The notes under the pieces are model-generated. The model did no database searches, was not told where the DNA came from, and was given only the letters and a program-made list of their open reading frames with translations. The translations under genes and the position numbers were made by a program. Below are positions 19,601 through 27,072 of a DNA stretch of 32,658 bases, one piece after another; the stretch's first letter is position 1, and the number at the start of each line of letters is the position of its first letter. Origin of the DNA: a virus (Duplodnaviria; Caudoviricetes); the IMG/VR virus record IMGVR_UViG_3300008255_000313, positions 1 through 32,658 of that record; one strand, written 5' to 3'.

Positions 19601-20065
19601 AAATTTGATAACGAACATCCACTAGAAAAACTCATTGAATATGAGAATGAATTGCTCGGGTTTAACTTAATTGGATCACCCTTTGAATTATTTGATAGAG
19701 GCCAACAAATTAGTATACTCCATCGTGAGGGTATTATTTCTGATTATGATGAGTTCATTGAGTCAGAACAGACTGAAGGAGTTCTACCAGTAATTGTTAA
19801 AGGTTATAATGAACGGGCCCAGCGCCGCGGCGGCATGATGGCATGGATTAAATTTGGAGATAGAAACGGAATTGAATTTGAAGCTCCATGCTTTGCAACA
19901 ATATGGAGATGGATTAATAAGAAGACTGTAAAGGGTAATGTTTATTTAGTAACTGTAAACAGAAAACTTGATGATCCAAGAAATCTTATAGTTGGTAAGT
20001 CAGGATTTGCTCATACTGAATATAGTGCACCTGGTTATATGATTAACGTGGATGATATAAAATGA
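16685..20065 (+). CDS. dnaE: DNA polymerase III alpha subunit (family C)
   Basis: PHP domain HNHSHYSLMDG / ALTDHG / HLVLLA / DAHY; GPGRGSAASSL, LPDIDTD, HACGVVI, KFDLL, GIFQF, YQEQ, YGFNAAH, E.ELLGF; no intein. Confidence 0.96.
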   Translation: MSSSPKEFSSIHNHSHYSLMDGLSRPEEMVLTAKEKGLKSIALTDHGHMHGTADFYLHGKKHDVKTIYGVEAYCIDSLEQWVEAHAAYADDRKRIKAEDSIDDDATNLNIDGKRRELYRKGHLVLLAQNQQGLENLYELTHRAHKDGMYMKPRIDKKMLGELGEGIVASSACMGGVIANKCWALKNGDIEWKDVVKEAEEFRSIFNDRFFLELQFNESDSQRYINECIIKIHRETGIPLDVTSDAHYINPDDWEAQEILYMLRGNKTVKTRGDSWDFNIKQLYIKSADEMWEAYKLYGGNADESIVRQAFDNTLLIDSMISDFEPDTHQRLPTLDYESPYKKLGELAIKRMKELGLDSNKQYKERFLHEMKLIRDKGFAEYFLIMRAIIRKAKKQMLVGPGRGSAASSLVCYLNGITDLDPIKHNLLFERFINPDRLELPDIDTDFQDSEEAREMLREMFGEDNVACISTYNTFNIKGLLKDLGRVYDLNNSEINQANKKIEAELRVLYADQDKSTIVINHEDIERVSPTYRGLVEKFPELGKNIKKLYGRNRHVGRHACGVVIGDNLKREMALFTSKGILQTSFTQGIINKNVEEMGFIKFDLLSLSTLSVIDRCLKLIGSRHDMEYDEAYKLIDPTFMDINDPEVIKTVFVDGNFTGIFQFTNKGIRKVSMRIKPDCFNDVSAIGALYRPGPLKSNMDKLYADYKHNPELVEWLHPLMEDILKETHGCLVYQEQMLNIGTQVGKLSMKDTNRLRKLLLKKDKSKKDDYLQAEKKELIDKFVTGCKENGLEKSKAITLWEMLEAFGGYGFNAAHAKSYGMISMQTAYLRTYYPLEFYCALLTEGKADDLQSYVDDIKRQGFEILPVDINQSKEVHTIEGKSIRLALGSVLGVGESAAKKIVKQQPYDDFMDYLYKTGGSKTATLPLIKVGAFRSLSSNVAETEARYELWVDNPKLKTKKFRPDFEEKYFDIKFDNEHPLEKLIEYENELLGFNLIGSPFELFDRGQQISILHREGIISDYDEFIESEQTEGVLPVIVKGYNERAQRRGGMMAWIKFGDRNGIEFEAPCFATIWRWINKKTVKGNVYLVTVNRKLDDPRNLIVGKSGFAHTEYSAPGYMINVDDIK

Positions 20066-20253
20066 AGTATGCTAAAGAACTTGAAAAGATTATTGATAAG
20101 TACGGTGAAGATAATGTGAAGGTCGTTGTAGATAGCGACTGGTATTTCATCTATGCTAATGATGAAAAAGTTGGTGGAAGTTACGACTCTCATCCAATGG
20201 ATCTTCTTTTTAGTATGATAAACTCTTATGGAGTAAAGGTTGAGGGAGCATGA
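20062..20253 (+). CDS. Small hypothetical protein (paralog of next gene)
   Basis: ATGA overlap with dnaE; shares N(V/I)K...D...YFIY...GG...H...G..VE pattern with 20250-20477. Confidence 0.7.
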   Translation: MKYAKELEKIIDKYGEDNVKVVVDSDWYFIYANDEKVGGSYDSHPMDLLFSMINSYGVKVEGA

Positions 20254-20477
20254 AAATACAAGATCTAATTGATATAAAAGAGAAAGGTCTCAACATTAAA
20301 ATACACCTTGACGATAATTGTTACTTTATATATAAAGAGAAAGATGGCAAGCAAAAACAAATTGCCGGTGGTCTTGAACAACATTGGCTACCACTATTTG
20401 TTGATGTATTAAAACATCTTGGATTTGTTGTTGAAACTCCTGAAAAGATTGTAGAACAAGAATCAGATGACGTTTAA
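20250..20477 (+). CDS. Small hypothetical protein (paralog of previous gene)
   Basis: ATGA overlap, GAGGGAG SD; same motif pattern as 20062-20253. Confidence 0.7.
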   Translation: MKIQDLIDIKEKGLNIKIHLDDNCYFIYKEKDGKQKQIAGGLEQHWLPLFVDVLKHLGFVVETPEKIVEQESDDV

Positions 20478-20796
20478 TGATTACGAAGAAAAGATGCTGA
20501 CACTCAGAAAATATCCTGATGTTGGAAACAATATAGTTTATCCTGCACTTGGATTAGCTGGTGAAGCTGGTGAAGTAGCAGATAAGGTTAAGAAAGTTTT
20601 ACGTGATGCTGGTGGAATTTTATCTAAAGAACGTCGTCTAGCAATTGCAATGGAAGTTGGCGATGTGTTATGGTATATTTCAGCAATGGCAAATGAACTC
20701 GGATATTCCTTAACTGAAGTAGCTGAAATGAATTTGAATAAGTTATTTGATAGAAGTGATCGTAATATGATTAGTGGTGATGGAGATAACAGATGA
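20467..20796 (+). CDS. MazG-like NTP pyrophosphohydrolase
   Basis: YPALGLAGEAGEVADKVKK...EVGDVLWY...NL.KL.DR...ISGDGDNR. Confidence 0.92.
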   Translation: MTFNDYEEKMLTLRKYPDVGNNIVYPALGLAGEAGEVADKVKKVLRDAGGILSKERRLAIAMEVGDVLWYISAMANELGYSLTEVAEMNLNKLFDRSDRNMISGDGDNR

Positions 20797-21881
20797 CTAG
20801 AGTTGGTACATATAAAGAACCAATTAAAGAAGTATGTCTTGTAGTTCCAACAATTCGAGAGAACTGTATTAAAGATTTTATTGATAGATGGAACGACATT
20901 GGATTATTCGATGTAGTTGATTTATATCTTATGGAAGATCATTCTGAACCAGAGTTTGATTTAGATAATCTTCCACCTATAGTAAAGAAAAGATTTACTT
21001 GGCTTAATATTAAAAAAGAATTGGGTGATAATGAATGGATCATTCCTCGTCGTTCAGACACAGTAAGAAGTTACGCGTACTATAAGGCATGGAAAGATGG
21101 CTATCAATTCATTATGACGCTTGATGACGACTGTTATCCACCAACGCTTGAAGTCGATGGACTACAGTACGCGACAGGTGCTGACTTTGTTAATGAGCAT
21201 AAGAAACAGTTGACTGGAAAGACAAGATGGTTTAATACTCTTAACAATGTTAAGCCTCGTGGTATACCTTTTTACGAGCTAGGAAAAAGAACTGACGTAA
21301 TTGTTAATCACGGATTGTGGACAAACGTATTAGATTATGATGCACCAACTCAACTCGTTAATCCTATTGAGGAAAAATTTTCATATGACAATCGGTTAGT
21401 ACCAAGAGGTTCATACTTTCCATTTTGTGGAATGAATGTAATGTGGAAAGCAAAGTATACAGTTCTTATGTATCATCTTCTTATGGGACAAGAAGTTAAT
21501 ACTATTCCTAGTGATCCTGCTGATATTAGTAAGCTTCCATTTGACAGGTTTGGAGATATCTGGTGTGGCATTCTTATGAAAAGGTGTGCTGATATACTTG
21601 GACATTCAGTTGCAACTGGTATGCCGTATATTAGACATGAGCGTGCATCTAATCCATTTACTAATCTTAAAAAAGAAGCTAATGGATTAGAAGTTAATGA
21701 AGTATTTTGGATGCATGTAGATATGTTTAAAGGTTATAGTGATATGACAGTAGAAAACTGTTATCATCAACTTGGTGAACATATTAAAAACTTTAAAGAT
21801 TTTCCTGAGTATGAAGAATACTTTAGGAAGTTAGGGTGGGCAATGATTTTATGGGCCGCGTTATTTGGAGCAAAGACTTAA
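20793..21881 (+). CDS. RGP / UDP-arabinopyranose mutase-like protein (GT75 family)
   Basis: Collinear blocks matching plant RGP/UAM as I recall them: VVPTIR, TLDDDCY, FNTL, RGIPF, HGLWTNVLDYDAPTQLVNP, PRGSYFPFCGMN, MYHLLMG, RFGDIWCG, TGMPYIRHERASNPFTNLKKE. Confidence 0.85.
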   Translation: MTRVGTYKEPIKEVCLVVPTIRENCIKDFIDRWNDIGLFDVVDLYLMEDHSEPEFDLDNLPPIVKKRFTWLNIKKELGDNEWIIPRRSDTVRSYAYYKAWKDGYQFIMTLDDDCYPPTLEVDGLQYATGADFVNEHKKQLTGKTRWFNTLNNVKPRGIPFYELGKRTDVIVNHGLWTNVLDYDAPTQLVNPIEEKFSYDNRLVPRGSYFPFCGMNVMWKAKYTVLMYHLLMGQEVNTIPSDPADISKLPFDRFGDIWCGILMKRCADILGHSVATGMPYIRHERASNPFTNLKKEANGLEVNEVFWMHVDMFKGYSDMTVENCYHQLGEHIKNFKDFPEYEEYFRKLGWAMILWAALFGAKT

Positions 21882-21882
21882 T

Positions 21883-22389
21883 ATGCAAAATGTATTAATT
21901 GTAGAAGGCCCAGATGGAAGTGGAAAAACTGAGATAGGTAAAGCACTCAGTAAGGCCGTTAATGCACCATATTTTAAAGTAACATCTGAACATGACTTTT
22001 GGCGTAGTAACAAATTTAAAGAAGCACTGGAATTTGACCAATCGTATATTAGTCAGTTTCTTGAGCAAACTGGTTTAAGCTGTACAATTGATAGAGCTTG
22101 GCCAAGTGAGTGGGTGTATTCATTAGCATACGAAAGACATACTAACGAAAGAGTATTATACGAAGTTGATCGTAGGTTTGCTAGTTTTGGTACTACAATA
22201 ATACTTTGTAGACGTCGTGATTATTCTCATGTAACAGATGAACTAGTTGAAAATTCTATGTTAGAAGAATTAGATGCTATCTATAATCAATTTGCAAAAT
22301 GGACTGCATGTAAAGTTGTTGAGATATTCGTAGATGATTTTGATAATGATATTGAAAAGCAGCTACCATGGTTAATTGAAAGAATCTGA
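21883..22389 (+). CDS. dNMP kinase (thymidylate-kinase-like P-loop)
   Basis: IVEGPDGSGKT, IDRAWPSEWVY; likely start is the ATG at 21883, just after the RGP stop. Confidence 0.85.
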   Translation: MQNVLIVEGPDGSGKTEIGKALSKAVNAPYFKVTSEHDFWRSNKFKEALEFDQSYISQFLEQTGLSCTIDRAWPSEWVYSLAYERHTNERVLYEVDRRFASFGTTIILCRRRDYSHVTDELVENSMLEELDAIYNQFAKWTACKVVEIFVDDFDNDIEKQLPWLIERI

Positions 22390-22391
22390 TT

Positions 22392-23489
22392 ATGAAATTT
22401 GGATATAGTTTCTGGGGGTTTACTGCAGACAGAAAATTTGAAGGAGGAAGAGAAGTTTCTACTCCTGATGGGAATGCTGCATATTCTTGGAGTATATTAT
22501 GGGAAGCCCAGCGTCGATCATGGAAAACTTATCTCTTACAAAAAGATAGAGACTCTGAGTATATTTATAATACTTACAATCCATTTGATTGTTTTTCAAG
22601 TGTTAAAAGATTATCAGCATGGAACAATGTTGAAAATGTATATGATGAATTTCCTAAGTTAGATGTGCTACTTCTTGAATGGCGTTTTCCAATTCCAGGT
22701 AGAAATATAGATGTAAGTAAAGATGATCCAAACTACCAACCTGATTTAGATAGACAATTAGAAATTCTCAATCACTACAAAGGTACTAATACGAAGATTA
22801 TAATCTGGGATCTAGACCATAAGTTGACAGCTAAAGATGAGTGGAAGTGGAAACCTGATGCAATATTTGAAACATCAGCTCAACCATTAGAGTTAAGCAG
22901 AAAAAGAATTCGTGTTGAGCCTCCAATTGTTATAGACGAATTACTTCAATTCGAAACTCTTCCTGTCAATAGAAAAAGAAAGCTTGTATACATTGGATCT
23001 AGATATGAGCGTGATGATGTAATAGAAGAATGGATAAAACCAGTAAGTGAAGAGTATCCATTTCAAGTAGAGTTCTGGGGAAACTGGACAAGAGAGCCAA
23101 TCCTTACTGAATGTCGTGAGATGTGGCCATATATTTCGTATAATAAACGTGTGACCATGAGTGACTTCAGAGAAGTATACGGTAATGCCGTAGCGTGTCC
23201 ACTGTTAGGTAAAAAATCTTACCTTAGTTCTGGTTTCATAACTCCTAGACCTTGGGAGGCATTAATGTTTGGCACAATTCCAATTGGATTAGAAGGACAT
23301 CTTGGAGTTGATGACTATACTTTGTTTACAGCGAGAGACTCTGATGATATGATAGATATTATTGATTACTTATCAAGTGTAGATCTTAGAGAAAGAGATG
23401 ATATTAGAAAACAGAACGTAGAAAAAATTAGATTTATGGATGTTAAAAATTTTATTAATGAAGTTGAGAAAGTAATACATGGTAGATGA
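22392..23489 (+). CDS. GT-B glycosyltransferase resembling T4 DNA beta-glucosyltransferase
   Basis: LVYIGSR, VEFWGN and LLGKKSYLSSGFITPRPWEAL parallel the T4 BGT C-terminal domain (VIYGGSFR, IEFFGN, IIGDKNYNDNFITLRVWE, recalled from memory). Confidence 0.72.
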   Translation: MKFGYSFWGFTADRKFEGGREVSTPDGNAAYSWSILWEAQRRSWKTYLLQKDRDSEYIYNTYNPFDCFSSVKRLSAWNNVENVYDEFPKLDVLLLEWRFPIPGRNIDVSKDDPNYQPDLDRQLEILNHYKGTNTKIIIWDLDHKLTAKDEWKWKPDAIFETSAQPLELSRKRIRVEPPIVIDELLQFETLPVNRKRKLVYIGSRYERDDVIEEWIKPVSEEYPFQVEFWGNWTREPILTECREMWPYISYNKRVTMSDFREVYGNAVACPLLGKKSYLSSGFITPRPWEALMFGTIPIGLEGHLGVDDYTLFTARDSDDMIDIIDYLSSVDLRERDDIRKQNVEKIRFMDVKNFINEVEKVIHGR

Positions 23490-24531
23490 TAAGTTTCGGT
23501 ATAAGGATTTTTGCTTAACGTATGATGACGTACTACTTGTTCCTGAAAAATCCTCTGTTCGATCTAGAACAGAAGTAGATTTATCTACGACACTATCTTC
23601 TGAAGTTCATTTGAAATATCCTATTATGTCGGCAGCAATGGATACTGTAACAAATGGTGTGATGGCCGGTGCGCTCGCAAGTATAGGAGCAATGGGAATT
23701 ATTCATAGGTTCCAATCAGCTGATGCTAGAAGAGGTGAGGCTATCATTGCAGGAGCTAACAGGCCAATTGGTATTGCTGTTGGGTTACAAGATTCGATTG
23801 AAGACTGTATAGATTTATCTGAAGTTGCTGAAATACTTGCTGTTGACGTAGCTCATGCACATCATGACGATGTATTAGAGTTTGTTAAGAAGCTACATGA
23901 TTCATTAAGTAGTAACACTTTGATTATGATAGGTAATATTGTAACTCGTGAATCAGCATTTGAATTTATTGATGCTGGTGCTGATATTCTTAAAGTTGGA
24001 ATTGGTGGTGGTTCAGTATGCTCAACACGTACAGTTACTGGATTTGGAGTTCCAAATATAACTGCAATCATGGAAGTAAGAAAAGCTGTAGACGATCACC
24101 CTAATGGAAAGTTTATCCATATAGTTGCTGATGGTGGAATTCGTGGTAGCAATGATATAGCAAAAGCAATTGCTGCTGGTGCACATCTTGTAATGGTTGG
24201 ATCTCTTTTTGCAGGCACTGTCGAATCACCTGGTGAATATGATCCATATCGTGGAGTAAAAGAATTCAGAGGTATGTCATCATTAGATGCTCAAGTAGAT
24301 TGGAAGGGCGGACTTAAAAATGGAACAGTAGCTGAAGGAATTTCTACATTGATACCAATGAAAGGTCTTGTAGAGATGGAGTTGAATAAGTTAGTAGGCG
24401 GCCTTCGATCATCACTTACGTATGCAGGAGCATATAATCTTCAAGAGTTCTATGAAAACACTCAGTTCGTTAAAGTAACTTCTAATGCGATTAAAGAATC
24501 AAGACCGCATATTTTAGATAAGGAAAGGTAA
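23479..24531 (+). CDS. guaB: IMP dehydrogenase / GMP reductase family protein (no CBS domains)
   Basis: [66 protein letters not shown]; direction (IMPDH or GMPR) is not resolvable by eye. Confidence 0.8.
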   Translation: MVDDKFRYKDFCLTYDDVLLVPEKSSVRSRTEVDLSTTLSSEVHLKYPIMSAAMDTVTNGVMAGALASIGAMGIIHRFQSADARRGEAIIAGANRPIGIAVGLQDSIEDCIDLSEVAEILAVDVAHAHHDDVLEFVKKLHDSLSSNTLIMIGNIVTRESAFEFIDAGADILKVGIGGGSVCSTRTVTGFGVPNITAIMEVRKAVDDHPNGKFIHIVADGGIRGSNDIAKAIAAGAHLVMVGSLFAGTVESPGEYDPYRGVKEFRGMSSLDAQVDWKGGLKNGTVAEGISTLIPMKGLVEMELNKLVGGLRSSLTYAGAYNLQEFYENTQFVKVTSNAIKESRPHILDKER

Positions 24532-24539
24532 TATAGAAA

Positions 24540-24872
24540 ATGTCAAAGAAAAATGTAGTAAAATGTAATTATGCAGATACACCTGAGCCAAGATTAGTTG
24601 GAGGATTAGTATGTCTAAGAACTCCAATGCCTCTAACGATTAGAAAGGGTCAAACTATTCCTGTTTCAACACAGGTTAAATTTGATTGTCCTGTGCTTAT
24701 TGTTGGTCACTTTCAAAAGACAGTAAAGGTTGTCAATGCAAGTGACGTAGTAATGCCAGGTCAACAGGTACAAGCTGAGCTTGAAGCTCTTGAAGATATG
24801 ATGTTCGAGCGTGGTGATACAGTAGTAATGGTTGTACCACTTACTAGTACTGAAGTAAGCTTCGAACCGTAA
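24540..24872 (+). CDS. Degenerate trimeric dUTPase-like protein
   Basis: Beta-rich; LTIRKGQTIPVSTQVK and FERGDTVV echo the dUTPase scaffold, but AGxD, RSG and GxID motifs are absent. Confidence 0.5.
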   Translation: MSKKNVVKCNYADTPEPRLVGGLVCLRTPMPLTIRKGQTIPVSTQVKFDCPVLIVGHFQKTVKVVNASDVVMPGQQVQAELEALEDMMFERGDTVVMVVPLTSTEVSFEP

Positions 24873-24873
24873 T

Positions 24874-26103
24874 ATGAAATGTATTAATTGTAATAAAAAT
24901 GAAGTGGAAGGAAATAAAAGTTTTTGTTCTCGACAATGTTTCCTTCAATCTAAACGTGTTGAATTAACATGTAACTATTGCAATCAAACTTTTATAAAAT
25001 TGAAGTGTCATGATTCTGTTAAATTTTGTAATAGAAAATGCTATAGTAAATATACAAAAGGAAAGAGAAAAGAAGACTCTGCCATTGATGTTCATTGTGA
25101 TCAGTGCGGTTCTGAATTTTCTATCTACAAATCTCAATTTAAAGAGCAAAGTAAGCATTTTTGTGATCGAGATTGCTACCTTTCTTTTCATAGAAAAGAT
25201 AATAATGATTGTCAGATTTGCGGAATAAAAACTATTAATGACAAATTTTGTTCTAGAGATTGTTATAAACAATCATTTGATAGCAAAAATTTTGGTAAAA
25301 AACACAAAAAAGGCTATTACAAGAAAAAAGATGGTTGTGAAGTATGGTATGACTCTTCTTGGGAATTAAGAAGAATGAAAGAACTGGATTATTCTGATTC
25401 TGTACAAAGCTGGACTCGATGTAATCGAAAGATTCAATGGACTGATAATGAAGGAAAAGATCATTACTACAATCCAGATTTTGAAATAATTTATAAAACT
25501 GGAAAAATTGTTGTTGAAGAAGTAAAGGGGTTCATTAATGAAAATTCATTAAGGAAGGCTATAGCTGCAGAAAAACTATTGTTTGATTTGGGAATTACAT
25601 ACAGAATGATTAATCTCGATGATTTTGAACATCGTATAGAGGTTCATTTAGAAGATTATCAAAATGATTATGGAACATTTCATAGACCATCTCTTTATTA
25701 TATGTGGATGCAGTTTGTGTTTCTCTTAGAAAGAAGGTCTACTTGCTTGAGAAATAAAGTAGGATCAGTTATTGTGACATCTGATATGCAGAGAGCATTG
25801 TGCTTAGGATATAATGGAAATTACTCTGGTGGAGAAAATCAATGTGACTCTCTTGAACCAGGAAAATGCCATTGTGTACATTCAGAAATAAACTCCTTAG
25901 TGAAAGCAAAGGAAGATACAGAAGGGTGCATATTATTTGTAACAATTGCACCATGTTATGATTGTGCTAAAGTTTTAATAAACAAAGGAATTTCAAAAGT
26001 TATCTATGGAAGAGCTTACAGATCAGTTCAAGGTATTAGAATACTAAGAGAAGCTGGTGTTGAGGTTTTAAAATATGATGATATTATTTCTTTTGATCCT
26101 TGA
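24874..26103 (+). CDS. Fusion: Cys-rich zinc-finger repeats + TnsA-like PD-(D/E)XK endonuclease + dCMP deaminase
   Basis: Four CxxC...FC(S/N/D)RxC repeats; YDSSWE...YNPDF...EEVKG nuclease; from ~25684 RSTC.RNKVG, GYNG, HSEIN, PCYDC deaminase motifs. Confidence 0.85.
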   Translation: MKCINCNKNEVEGNKSFCSRQCFLQSKRVELTCNYCNQTFIKLKCHDSVKFCNRKCYSKYTKGKRKEDSAIDVHCDQCGSEFSIYKSQFKEQSKHFCDRDCYLSFHRKDNNDCQICGIKTINDKFCSRDCYKQSFDSKNFGKKHKKGYYKKKDGCEVWYDSSWELRRMKELDYSDSVQSWTRCNRKIQWTDNEGKDHYYNPDFEIIYKTGKIVVEEVKGFINENSLRKAIAAEKLLFDLGITYRMINLDDFEHRIEVHLEDYQNDYGTFHRPSLYYMWMQFVFLLERRSTCLRNKVGSVIVTSDMQRALCLGYNGNYSGGENQCDSLEPGKCHCVHSEINSLVKAKEDTEGCILFVTIAPCYDCAKVLINKGISKVIYGRAYRSVQGIRILREAGVEVLKYDDIISFDP

Positions 26104-26142
26104 TCTTCTGAGAAAAAATTCAGTGGAAATAGTTTATCATGA

Positions 26143-26151
26143 TGATATAAT
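26143..26151 (+). promoter_or_regulatory. Putative extended -10 promoter
   Basis: TGaTATAAT in the intergenic gap upstream of the 26178 ORF. Confidence 0.5.
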
Positions 26152-26177
26152 TATCCCATAGTACATAGGAATCAATT

Positions 26178-26339
26178 ATGATTAAAAAAAGATATTTATC
26201 TGATGGTACTGTTGAAGTTGAAGGTACTCCTGAGGAGTTGGCTGAGTTGGCTGAGCTTGAGAAGAACCAGAAGCCTTCAAGTAAGACTGAAAGTAAGACT
26301 AAGGGGAAACGGATTCTAAATGAAGATGTATCTACCTGA
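26178..26339 (+). CDS. Small hypothetical protein, 53 aa (not in ORF track)
   Basis: AGGA SD; MIKKRYLSDGTVEVEGTPEELAELAELEK...ILNEDVST; fills the gap. Confidence 0.65.
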   Translation: MIKKRYLSDGTVEVEGTPEELAELAELEKNQKPSSKTESKTKGKRILNEDVST

Positions 26340-26355
26340 GTGATAGAGAGAGCTT

Positions 26356-26628
26356 ATGGACGACAGATATCAATTTCAACCATGGTATACTAGATTATGG
26401 CGGATGAGACATTATATATCTATTCCGTTTAAATGGGTAGGCTATTCAATACGTGGTTTAAAGTATAGAAAAGGTTGTCATGATAATTTTGGTGGTATGT
26501 CGTATAGCAGTCTTCATTGGAGATTATGCGTAGGTGATGCACAAATAAAGATGAAGTATTACTATACATCAGAAGAAGTATTTGATCGTCTTGATATCAT
26601 ATCTAAAGAAAGAAAAAAAGATGAGTGA
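26356..26628 (+). CDS. Hypothetical protein
   Basis: 90 aa aromatic/basic ORF overlapping the next gene. Confidence 0.65.
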   Translation: MDDRYQFQPWYTRLWRMRHYISIPFKWVGYSIRGLKYRKGCHDNFGGMSYSSLHWRLCVGDAQIKMKYYYTSEEVFDRLDIISKERKKDE

Positions 26629-26911
26629 TAAATTATCTGAAAAAAAACGTAATATACAGCAAATTCCTTTTAGACTACATGTGAATGATCATAAGGTATT
26701 GAAATCAAAAGTATCTTTAGACGGAATAAACATTCAATGTTTGGTAGAGTCATGCATTCTCGCTTATTTAGAAGGAGACAAGCATATAAGAGATATTGCA
26801 AAAGAACATAAAACTCTTAATACTGTTAATAAGAAAAACGTAAGTTGGTCTACAAGAGAGCAGGAAAAAATTCTAAGTGAAATTGAAAACTTAGAAGAAG
26901 ATGGAGGATAA
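26621..26911 (+). CDS. Putative ribbon-helix-helix DNA-binding protein
   Basis: Likely start at ATG 26621; QIPFRL strand, then HKVLKSKVSLDG helix and IQCLVESCILAYL helix. Confidence 0.55.
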   Translation: MSDKLSEKKRNIQQIPFRLHVNDHKVLKSKVSLDGINIQCLVESCILAYLEGDKHIRDIAKEHKTLNTVNKKNVSWSTREQEKILSEIENLEEDGG

Positions 26912-26916
26912 AATGC

Positions 26917-27072
26917 ATGGACAACTTTCTAATAGAAGAGCTGAGAAAAAAAGATCATAAAAAAAATAATGATTTGTTTATTCAATTAGAAATCCAGTTA
27001 GAAGATCCATTTGAAGATGAAACTGAGATTAAAAAACAAAAATCTGATATCGATTTCGAGGTACGTTTTTGA
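26917..27072 (+). CDS. Small hypothetical protein, 51 aa (not in ORF track)
   Basis: GGAGGA SD; MDNFLIEELRKK...DIDFEVRF; its TGA overlaps the TTG of the next gene (TTGA). Confidence 0.6.
   Translation: MDNFLIEELRKKDHKKNNDLFIQLEIQLEDPFEDETEIKKQKSDIDFEVRF

Noticed and set aside
7024-20065. Inteins or introns in the recombinase, helicase or DnaE
   Set aside because: Lengths and motif spacing are normal; only the RNR has an insertion.
20793-23489. Eukaryotic contamination or a cell-wall polysaccharide locus explaining the RGP and GT genes
   Set aside because: The genes are intronless, match the flanking composition and are coupled to MazG and dNMP kinase; no flippase, polymerase or other polysaccharide genes are present.
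24874-25680. Tn7-like transposon suggested by the TnsA-like domain
   Set aside because: No TnsB/TnsC genes or transposon ends; phage TnsA-like domains commonly occur as free-standing endonucleases.
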